From Candidatus Parcubacteria bacterium (GTDB lineage Bacteria; Patescibacteriota; Patescibacteriia; Patescibacteriales; UBA12075): a DNA stretch of 64,000 bases. Below, piece after piece: positions 53,333 through 61,272 of the stretch. The stretch spans positions 510,005 through 574,004 of the forward strand of contig PKTK01000001.1 of assembly GCA_002869165.1 (NCBI GenBank), written 5' to 3'. The first letter of the stretch is position 1, and each line of letters opens with the position of its first letter. The notes under the pieces were generated by a model, which was given only the letters and a program-made list of their open reading frames with translations, had not been told where the DNA came from and did not search any database. Both the position numbers and the translations under genes were made by a program.

Positions 53333-53584
53333 TTAAAGTCTTTCAATTTCTTTTGTTTTAATTTTTGAGATTGTTTCTGAGACTAAGTAAGCTGCATGCA
53401 AGGCCGACATGGCTTTTTTTTGAAAATCCACGCCCTCTATGTAGCTACTAGGGCACGATTTTCGAAAAAGATTAAATCTTGCATAAAATCCTTCTTTTAT
53501 TTGCTCCAACTCTTCTATACTTCCTGCACTAAACTCACAAATCTTTTTTCCGCCCTCTTCTATACAAACTTTGTATTCTGGCAT
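53333..53584 (-). CDS. small hypothetical protein (83 aa from MPEYKV)
   Basis: SD aaggagagatccATG. The ORF-track start at 53617 would overlap the upstream gene. Confidence 0.4.
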   Translation of the reverse strand: MPEYKVCIEEGGKKICEFSAGSIEELEQIKEGFYARFNLFRKSCPSSYIEGVDFQKKAMSALHAAYLVSETISKIKTKEIERL

Positions 53585-53613
53585 GGATCTCTCCTTTTCA
53601 CTTTTATAAAAGA

Positions 53614-54819
53614 TCAATTTTCAAAAATTTTGCCAATATCACTTTTTTTAAATTTTTCTGCTCGAGCGAATCTATCAAAATAATATTCGGTTTTTAGCCT
53701 GGCTTTGTTATTCCCAATTGCTTCAAGTATACATTCGAGGCTTCTCTTCTTGAATCTGTCTCTATATTTCTTTTCTAAGTTCTCGCTTAAATCTCTTAGC
53801 TTCTTTGATCTTTGTTTTATCACTTTCACATCTACTTGTCCGGGCATTGAATAAGCTGGGGTTCTCTCATGAGCGGAAAATGAAAATACATGAATCTTGG
53901 AAAACTGCATTGCCTGACAAAATTCATAAGTCTCCAGAAGGTCACCGTCCTCTTCTCCAGGAAAACCAACAATCACATCAGTAGTAATAGCAATATCGGG
54001 AATCTTAGATCTTAGATCATAAACCTTATTTTTAAAATCTTCTAATCTATAAGGCCTGTTCATGAGTTTCAAAATCTTGTCACAACCAGACTGAAGTGGA
54101 ATATGGAGATGATTGCAAATCTTTTTTTCTTTCTTGATCAACTCAATTAATTCATCACTAACTTCATTTATTTCAATTGAGCTTAACCTTATTCTACCTA
54201 AATCTTTTATTTCTAAAATGTCATTGATTAAATCAATTAACTTGTACTCACTATCATGCCCATAAAGCCCGAGGTGAATTCCTGACAATACTATCTCCCT
54301 ATATCCTTCTTGAACTGCTTTTTTAATTTCTAACAAAACATCCTCTCTTTTTCGACTACTTAATCCGCCTCTTGTATATGGGATAATACAGTATGAACAA
54401 AACTGCTCGCAACCGTCTTGCACCTTGATAAAATATCTTGATCTAGTCTGCTGACTTAAGTCCGAATCATGAGAATAGCTATGTGAAGTGCCTAAAATAA
54501 ATTCCTCTAAAGTACTATGGTCTTTGGTATCCAAGATAAAATCAACCCCCAATTTTTCACTATCAATTTCAGACACTCTTGGCCAACAACCAGCCAAAAT
54601 TATCTTTGCCTTGGGATTTTCTTTCTTGGCTTTAGTGATCATGCGTCTATTTTTGGTTACTGCGCTATGAGTTACTGAGCAGGTGTAAACAATCGCATAC
54701 TCAGCATTTTCTTTCGTTTCTTTTAAATTCCCCAGACTCAAAGCCGACCCTAGCTTCCCAGCGTCATACTGATTCACCTTGCATCCAAGTGAGTATAATT
54801 TGTAAGTATTTTTTTTCAT
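53614..54819 (-). CDS. MiaB/MtaB-family radical SAM tRNA methylthiotransferase (MtaB-like)
   Basis: N-terminal YSLGCKVNQYD and radical SAM CEQFCSYCIIPYTRG; 401 aa. Confidence 0.75.
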   Translation of the reverse strand: MKKNTYKLYSLGCKVNQYDAGKLGSALSLGNLKETKENAEYAIVYTCSVTHSAVTKNRRMITKAKKENPKAKIILAGCWPRVSEIDSEKLGVDFILDTKDHSTLEEFILGTSHSYSHDSDLSQQTRSRYFIKVQDGCEQFCSYCIIPYTRGGLSSRKREDVLLEIKKAVQEGYREIVLSGIHLGLYGHDSEYKLIDLINDILEIKDLGRIRLSSIEINEVSDELIELIKKEKKICNHLHIPLQSGCDKILKLMNRPYRLEDFKNKVYDLRSKIPDIAITTDVIVGFPGEEDGDLLETYEFCQAMQFSKIHVFSFSAHERTPAYSMPGQVDVKVIKQRSKKLRDLSENLEKKYRDRFKKRSLECILEAIGNNKARLKTEYYFDRFARAEKFKKSDIGKIFEN

Positions 54820-54847
54820 AATAAACTATATTTACATACCCCATTTT

Positions 54848-54986
54848 TGTCATTTCGAACGCAAGTGAGACAAGGTGCCTGTGGTGAATCCCTTCGCAGT
54901 TTTAAGCCGTCACATCTAAGGGATCCCCGCCTGAATGTATTCATTTCGGGCAGGTCTCTAGTCGCTTCACTCTCTACGAGATGACA
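54848..54986. repeat. MITE-like TGTCAT...ATGACA element (139 bp)
   Basis: tgtcatttcgaacgcaagtgagacaaggtg...ctctctacgagatgaca. Confidence 0.7.
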
Positions 54987-54999
54987 ACTAAGATAAAGT

Positions 55000-55027
55000 A
55001 TTCTTAATTCTTAATTCTTAATTCTTA
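55000..55027. repeat. heptamer array (ATTCTTA x4)
   Basis: Four perfect ATTCTTA units. Confidence 0.9.
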
Positions 55028-55030
55028 AAA

Positions 55031-55075
55031 CCCCTCCCCGCTTCGCGGGACTCCCCTTTAAAAAAGGGGAGAATT
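55031..55075. repeat. GC-rich double hairpin immediately 3' of the ABC-F gene (paralogue of 50286-50325)
   Basis: cccctccccgcttcgcgggactcccctttaaaaaaggggagaatt. Confidence 0.75.
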
Positions 55076-55086
55076 TTCTTAATTCT

Positions 55087-56850
55087 TCAATATTCATAAG
55101 CCAAACTCATCCATTCTGATTCCATATCAATGATAATTTGTTCAAGCTCTTTGAGTCTATTTTGTTTTTCCAGATCAATGCTAGTTGGATTTTCTAGAAA
55201 AAAACCTATGAGCTCATCTTTTTCTTTTTTTAAATCTTCTAGATTTTTTTCAATTCTTTGCATTTGTCTGGCATTTTTCTTGCTTTTTTCATATATTGCT
55301 TTGCGTTCTTCTTTTTTCTTGTTCTCTTCTTTTTTCTTCTCTTCTGTTTTCTTGATCTTCAATTCATCAAGCAGTCTTTCTAGATATTCAATATAATCTC
55401 CATACAATCTTTTAATACGCCCTTTCTTTACCTCCAAAACTCCCTCAGAAACAATACTGGTAAAAGTTCTATCATGACTAGTAAATATAACCGTAGCATT
55501 TGATTCAGCTAGTGCCAAAGCCAAGGACTCAGCAGTTTCAAAATCAAGATGGTTAGTTGGTTCATCAAGAAGCAATATATCATTCTCCTGTAAGAATATC
55601 CCGGCTAGACAAAGCCTAGCTTTTTCTCCTCCAGACAAAACTGAAATCGGCTTTTTCAAATCCTGCGAAGAAAAAAGAAAATCTCCAGCCATCTTCATCA
55701 CCTGCTCAATACGAAATAAATTTCCAGCTTTGCGCTCCAAATATCTCTCCACAGTTTCTTGTCCGTTCAATTCTCGGCTAATATGTTGCGCGTAATAGGC
55801 AATACGTAAATTCTTGGACAATCTAATCTTACCAGCAATCGGATCTAATCTTACTGCTAGAGTTTTTAAATAGGTACTTTTTCCTTCTCCATTATCTCCA
55901 AGCAAAGCCAAGTGCTCACCTCTACTAATCTCCACTTCGATATCACTAGCTACTGATTTGTCTTTATAGCCAATCTCTAAACCAAGATTTCGATAAGCAA
56001 AGCCTTTTCGATTTGTTGCTTCTGGGATTTTTATATTGGCAATTTTCAAAGAATTCTCAATCGCAATCATCTCTATTCTTTTCATTTGCTTTTCTTTAGA
56101 TTTGGCTTGCTTAGCTTTTGATGCTTTGGCGCCAAATCTATCGATGAATTTTTGTAATTTAGCTTTTTTCTTGCCTAGTTTTTTATTTATCTTCTGTACC
56201 TCTTCTAATTTTTCTCGTTTAAAAGCCAGATAAGCCTCAAGTCTACCTGGAAAATGATAAGCCTTGCCTCTCTCAATATCAACAACTTCTTTACAAACAT
56301 TTTTGATAAAACGTCTATCGTGAGAAATTATCAAACATGCTCCCTTGTAACTAATCAAAAAATTCTCAAGCAGCAACATAGTGGAAAGATCTAAGTAATT
56401 GGTTGGCTCATCAAGGAGTAATAAATTTGGATCAGACAAAAGCATGGCTGTCAGTTTAACTCTCATCTGAAATCCTCCAGAAAGCTCCAATACCTTCATT
56501 TCTAATCTTTCATTTTTCAAATTAAAAATCGAAGCGGTTTTGGCACATTGCCAAGCTTCTTTGTCACTTTTACGTAAAAGATATTCAAGCACGGTTTCAT
56601 CTTCCAAGAAATCATCTTCTTGTTCAATTATTCCCAATCTTGTTCCTTCGCTAATAATCACTTCACCTTCATCTGCTTTAGTTATCCTATTAATAATCAA
56701 CATAAGAGTTGACTTCCCTGCACCGTTTCTACCAATCAAGGCAATCTTTTGTCTTTCTCCAATACAAAAACTAACCTCATCAAGCACAGCCTGACCGGCA
56801 AAAGATTTTTTTATATTTTGTACTTGTAATAAAACTGACATATTTTTCAC
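55087..56850 (-). CDS. ABC-F family ATPase (two ABC domains, no TMD)
   Basis: Two Walker A motifs (GRNGAGKST, GDNGEGKST), two signatures (LSGGFQMRV, LSGGEKARL), and a charged C-terminal coiled coil. Confidence 0.85.
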   Translation of the reverse strand: MKNMSVLLQVQNIKKSFAGQAVLDEVSFCIGERQKIALIGRNGAGKSTLMLIINRITKADEGEVIISEGTRLGIIEQEDDFLEDETVLEYLLRKSDKEAWQCAKTASIFNLKNERLEMKVLELSGGFQMRVKLTAMLLSDPNLLLLDEPTNYLDLSTMLLLENFLISYKGACLIISHDRRFIKNVCKEVVDIERGKAYHFPGRLEAYLAFKREKLEEVQKINKKLGKKKAKLQKFIDRFGAKASKAKQAKSKEKQMKRIEMIAIENSLKIANIKIPEATNRKGFAYRNLGLEIGYKDKSVASDIEVEISRGEHLALLGDNGEGKSTYLKTLAVRLDPIAGKIRLSKNLRIAYYAQHISRELNGQETVERYLERKAGNLFRIEQVMKMAGDFLFSSQDLKKPISVLSGGEKARLCLAGIFLQENDILLLDEPTNHLDFETAESLALALAESNATVIFTSHDRTFTSIVSEGVLEVKKGRIKRLYGDYIEYLERLLDELKIKKTEEKKKEENKKKEERKAIYEKSKKNARQMQRIEKNLEDLKKEKDELIGFFLENPTSIDLEKQNRLKELEQIIIDMESEWMSLAYEY

Positions 56851-56983
56851 GTATCATGAATCACAAATCACATAACACATAAAATGCTTTAAACTTTAAC
56901 ATTTAGTCTCTTTCTCTTGTTTTAAAAAGGAGAACAAGGGGGAGTAAAATAAATTTTTATTTACCAAAAACCAATCTCCTTTA

Positions 56984-57012
56984 ATACTATAAAAACCAAC
57001 CAAAAGGGTCAA
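56984..57012 (-). promoter_or_regulatory. promoter candidate (TTGACC-17-TAGTAT) for the ABC-F gene
   Basis: On the minus strand, TTGACC is at 57012-57007 and TAGTAT at 56989-56984. Confidence 0.45.
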
Positions 57013-57042
57013 GAAAAAAAGAGCTGGTCAAGCGCCAGCTCT
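57013..57042 (-). terminator. terminator downstream of 57055-57285
   Basis: agagctgg-tcaagcg-ccagctct, followed on the minus strand by ttttttt. Confidence 0.7.
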
Positions 57043-57054
57043 TATAAAAAATTA

Positions 57055-57285
57055 TTAAGTAAACACTTTTTCTTTTTTGTGCCCTTTTATAATCATGCAA
57101 AGATCGCCTTTTTTATCAACTAATAAAGTCATCCGAACAGGATAAAATCCTGTTTTATTTTCATTAGCCTCTTTTGTAACAAAAACTTTCTCAACGACCT
57201 CCGCTTCATTTTTCTTTAAGCCTGATATTTTTATAGCGACTTCTTTTTCTGTTTTTATTTCTTTCACAATCTTATCAAGCAACAT
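57055..57285 (-). CDS. small hypothetical protein (76 aa), in frame with the upstream ORF
   Basis: No SD; the ATG is 6 nt after the TAA of 57292-57531 in the same frame. Confidence 0.45.
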   Translation of the reverse strand: MLLDKIVKEIKTEKEVAIKISGLKKNEAEVVEKVFVTKEANENKTGFYPVRMTLLVDKKGDLCMIIKGHKKEKVFT

Positions 57286-57291
57286 CTTAAC

Positions 57292-57531
57292 TTAGCTTTC
57301 GTTTTCTCTTAAATCATACCAACTCTTAAATGCTCCATTTAAAAAAATTTCATTCTGTAACTCCAATTGAATACTTGGATGACGGCTAAAGATTGATACT
57401 TGTGAATAATCACCCATATTCTTATAAAATACACTATAGTCGGTTCGTTTTAGATCAATAGACCCCAATGAAGCTTTAAAAAATCCTAATTCCTTATTTG
57501 GAACATTCAATATAATAGCTTCATTTTCCAT
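57292..57531 (-). CDS. small hypothetical protein (79 aa)
   Basis: SD aaggagggaaaaATG; promoter candidate at 57578-57606. Confidence 0.5.
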   Translation of the reverse strand: MENEAIILNVPNKELGFFKASLGSIDLKRTDYSVFYKNMGDYSQVSIFSRHPSIQLELQNEIFLNGAFKSWYDLRENES

Positions 57532-57577
57532 TTTTCCCTCCTTTTATTAAGTTTAAAAGTAACATATTTATGCAATA

Positions 57578-57606
57578 TATTTAATACATTTTTCTATTTT
57601 TGTCAA
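57578..57606 (-). promoter_or_regulatory. promoter candidate (TTGACA-17-TAAATA) for 57531-57055
   Basis: On the minus strand, TTGACA is at 57606-57601. Confidence 0.5.
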
Positions 57607-57617
57607 ATCACCTAAAC

Positions 57618-57646
57618 TTGCAAATAGCCTATTTTTTTGTTAAAAT
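57618..57646 (+). promoter_or_regulatory. promoter candidate (TTGCAA-17-TAAAAT) for gyrB
   Basis: Hexamers at 57618-57623 and 57641-57646. Confidence 0.5.
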
Positions 57647-57713
57647 AGAAGTATAAATACCCAAAAAATTGGGTATGATTTTTTGATTATATAAATAAAA
57701 TTCAAATACAAAT

Positions 57714-59732
57714 ATGGCTAAAAAAGAAGAAAAAAAAGTAATAAAGAAAAAATCAGACTACGGCGCTGAGGCGATTACAGTTTTGGAGGGACTGGATCCA
57801 GTAAGAAAAAGACCAGGTATGTACATTGGCTCAACAGCTAGCTCTGGACTACATCATTTAATCTGGGAAGTAGTAGATAACGGCTTTGATGAAGCTATGG
57901 CTGGACACGCTGATACTGTCACTATTACCCTACAAGAGGATGGCATGGTTCGAGTAGAGGATAATGGGCGTGGTATCCCAGTTGACAAACACAAAGTAAC
58001 TGGTGTATCTGCACTTGAAACAGTTTTAACCAAACTTCACGCTGGTGGTAAATTTGGTGGCGAAGGATCAGGCTACAAAGTATCTGGTGGTCTTCACGGT
58101 GTTGGTGTATCAGTAGTAAATGCTCTATCAAAACACTTAAAAGCCGAAGTACACCGAGATGGTAAAATCTGGACCCAGGAATACAAAATTGGCAAACCAA
58201 AAGGAAAAATCAAATCAGCTGGCACCACCAAAAAAACTGGAACTGTTATCACCTTTTTGCCAGATGACAGTATTTTTACTGAAACCGAATTCAAATGGGG
58301 CACCATTCTAGACCATCTAAGAAGACAAGCATATCTAACCAAGGGAGTAACTGTTAATATTCACGACCGCAGAAAAGAACATAGCCAAAAAGATTATTCA
58401 TTTTATTTCGAAGGTGGTGTTCTTTCTTACATCAAAAATTTAAACTTAAATAAAACTGTAAAAAACCCAACTATTTTCTATGTTGAAAAAGAAATTGAGA
58501 ACTCAAAGATTGAAATAGCACTCCAATACAACGATGAGTACAATGAAACTGTTCTACCTTTTGCCAATAATATCCCAAATCCAGAAGGTGGTACCCACCT
58601 AGTTGGCTTTAGAACTGCTCTAACAAGAACTCTCAATTCATATGCTAGAAATCAAAAGCTTCTCAAAGAAAAAGACGAAAACCTAGCCGGTGAAGATGTT
58701 CGAGAAGGCTTAACTGCAATTGTTTAAGTTAAGCTAACCGAACCACAATTTGAAGGGCAAACAAAAGGAAAACTGGGAAACGCTGAAGTAAAAACTCAAG
58801 TTGAACAAATATTCGGTGAATCTTTTGCAACGTTTTTAGAAGAACACCCCAAAGAAGCAGAAGCAATCATTGGTAAATGTATCGTAGCCTCTCAAGCTCG
58901 TATTGCTGCAAGAACTGCCAGAGCTTCTATTCTACGAAAAGGCGCTCTAGATGGTATTACTCTACCAGGTAAACTAGCTGACTGTTCTAGCCGAAAAGCC
59001 GAGGAGTCTGAAATATTTATCGTGGAGGGCGACTCCGCTGGAGGTTCTGCCAAACAAGGACGTGATAGAAAATTCCAGGCCATCCTACCCCTACGTGGTA
59101 AGATTCTAAACGTAGAAAGAGCTAGATTAGATAAAATGCTTGCCAATAACGAAATTAAAAATCTAGTAATTGCACTAGGTACAAACATCAATGATCAATT
59201 TGATATAGAAAAACTCAGATATCATAGAATCGTGATCATGACAGATGCTGATGTTGATGGTGCTCATATCAGAACCTTACTATTAACCCTTTTCTTTAGA
59301 CACTTTAATGAATTAGTGGCTGCTGGACATCTTTACATCGCCCAACCACCACTATATCAAGTCAAAAAAGGTGCCAAAGTAGAATACGCTTATTCTGAAG
59401 CTGAAAAAGAAAAAATTATTAAATCATTGGGTGGGCACGTAGATGAAGAAGTAAAAGAACTTGAAGAAGGTGAGGAAGAAAACGAAGAAGAAACAAAAAA
59501 GAAAGCCAACGCCAGAATCTCTATTCAGCGATATAAGGGTCTTGGTGAAATGAACCCTGAACAATTATGGGAGACAACTATGGATCCTGAACAACGTGTT
59601 ATGAGCCAAGTTACCATAGAAGATGCTGCTTATGCTGATAAAATATTTGATATGCTCATGGGTGGAGATGTTGCTCCAAGAAAACACTTCATTCAAACAC
59701 ATGCTAAGAAGGTTGAAAATCTTGATATATAA
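57714..59732 (+). CDS. gyrB: DNA gyrase subunit B; one frame throughout, with an in-frame TAA at 58725-58727 (ORF-track pieces 57714-58727 and 59022-59732)
   Basis: GHKL ATPase motifs ([23 protein letters not shown]), [12 protein letters not shown], Toprim [36 protein letters not shown], and C-terminus ...AKKVENLDI. Confidence 0.9.
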
Positions 59733-59766
59733 ATAGCTATTAGCTTCTAGCTTTCAGCTTTTAGAA
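59732..59766. repeat. heptamer micro-array (nnTAGCT x5; reverse orientation of the rplK-leader AGCTAnA array)
   Basis: aatagct attagct tctagct ttcagct tttagaa, starting at the gyrB stop codon. Confidence 0.8.
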
Positions 59767-59791
59767 TATAAAACAAAAAAAGGAATCCCAT

Positions 59792-59830
59792 ACAAAAGTA
59801 GCAATCCACAATTGCTACTTTTGTTTTATA
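59792..59830 (+). terminator. gyrB terminator
   Basis: 14-bp stem acaaaagtagcaat/attgctacttttgt followed by ttta. Confidence 0.7.
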
Positions 59831-59831
59831 T

Positions 59832-59857
59832 AAAAAAGCGGCCTTTATAAGGTCGCT
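59832..59857 (-). terminator. terminator candidate for the minus-strand genes ending at about 59874
   Basis: agcggcc-tttataa-ggtcgct, followed on the minus strand by tttttt. Confidence 0.55.
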
Positions 59858-59873
59858 TTATATATTACATTTT

Positions 59874-60014
59874 TCATTCTTCCTGAATCTCCTTTTTTTC
59901 TGTCTGAACCGAAATAACAGCACAGGTCATAGCAATGCCCATAATAACACAAGTTGCAATCACTCCACTGTTAAAAACACCCGAGAAAAATATTACTGTA
60001 ACTACATACTCCAA
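59874..60014 (-). CDS. possible 46-aa hydrophobic peptide (TTG start)
   Basis: (M)EYVVTVIFFSGVFNSGVIATCVIMGIAMTCAVISVQTEKKEIQEE, between 60043-60396 and a terminator. Purine-rich aaggtg sits just upstream. Confidence 0.3.
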   Translation of the reverse strand: MEYVVTVIFFSGVFNSGVIATCVIMGIAMTCAVISVQTEKKEIQEE

Positions 60015-60042
60015 TTTTCACCTTAAGCAAAATAATCCTCCT

Positions 60043-60396
60043 TTAGCCTTGTTTTTTGAATTGAACCTTGAAGATCGGTTCGTATTTATTTTCATATTGA
60101 TCAGTAATCTCAATCATCTCGCCCTTCATTACTTTCGTCAAAGCAGCGTCAGATAAAAGCATCTGATCATTTTCAATATCAAGCTTCAAAGTATCTAAAC
60201 GTTCAAGTTCTTTTTGAAAATCAAGTTTAATATTATCTTCAATCTCCTTTTTTTTCTGCCTAAGCTCTTTTAATGCTTCGACCACTTCTTGAAGTTGTTT
60301 TGAATTTGAAAGAGCATCTCTATACATTGACTTGAGCTCTTTTTGCTCTTTTTTTGTTTCCTGGATCCTGTCAAAGATCTGTTGAATGTTTGCCAT
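60043..60396 (-). CDS. coiled-coil hypothetical protein (start at MANIQQIF)
   Basis: 117 aa, heptad-rich. The 10 upstream ORF-track codons are unlikely to be translated. Confidence 0.5.
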   Translation of the reverse strand: MANIQQIFDRIQETKKEQKELKSMYRDALSNSKQLQEVVEALKELRQKKKEIEDNIKLDFQKELERLDTLKLDIENDQMLLSDAALTKVMKGEMIEITDQYENKYEPIFKVQFKKQG

Positions 60397-60453
60397 AAAA
60401 AACAAAAAATATCCACCAAAAATCACGGGGATATTATTTTAAATAATTAAATA

Positions 60454-61110
60454 TCAAGCTGCTTCCAATTCATCTATCACGACTACATTTTCATTTTCAA
60501 GTATTTCATACAAAAAAACATCTGTAATATCTCTTCGATAAATAAACTCATTCATATCCATCAAAGTATAGTTCACTTCCCTGCCTAATTCAAGTTCTAA
60601 CTCTTTAATGATCTTAGTTAGTTTAGTTTTGTTCAAAGCCCCTACCAAAAGTAAATCTGATGGAGCATCGTCTACATTAGTGAAAAATCCTGTTAAAATC
60701 ATTAATTTGGGTCTACCAGCTGCCAAAATTTTTTCGGAAAAATCTTTTTCATACAAAACTTGCGCCTTCATAAAGAGTGCTTTTATTTCTTCGTATAATA
60801 TAAAAGTCTTTTCTATTTGATAATATTTCTTTTCTGTTTTACTTGGCTTCTTGGGTTTCTTTTCTTCATCGCTCTCTTCATCTTCTTCTGAACCCATAAC
60901 ACCATCGCTCTCCTGTGAAGTCTTGAGCAATCCAAAATCCTCCAAATTATCAAGTTCACGCCTGACAGAATTTAACTGTAAACCAGTATCTCGAGCAAGT
61001 TGTCTAATATAAAATCTCTCATTTGGATGTGCTAAAAAAAGCTTGAGTATTTTTACTCGAGCAGTTGAACCGAATAATTTATTTAATAAAAATTTTGGAG
61101 AATCTGCCAT
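60454..61110 (-). CDS. winged-helix (ArsR-like) DNA-binding protein with an extra C-terminal domain
   Basis: STARVKILKLFLAHPNERFYIRQLARDTGLQLNSVRRELDNLEDFGLL. Confidence 0.6.
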   Translation of the reverse strand: MADSPKFLLNKLFGSTARVKILKLFLAHPNERFYIRQLARDTGLQLNSVRRELDNLEDFGLLKTSQESDGVMGSEEDEESDEEKKPKKPSKTEKKYYQIEKTFILYEEIKALFMKAQVLYEKDFSEKILAAGRPKLMILTGFFTNVDDAPSDLLLVGALNKTKLTKIIKELELELGREVNYTLMDMNEFIYRRDITDVFLYEILENENVVVIDELEAA

Positions 61111-61272
61111 ATTTATTTTTCTTATATCTATATTTTATAGCAATTTAATAATTTGTAAAGTATTAAAAGTCAATTTGAAATATATAGGCTATTTATAGTA
61201 TAATAGTTATATAAAGAATAGTCAAAAACTTATTTGGCTGATTTTGTGTATATATAGGTATATCAAGCAAAA

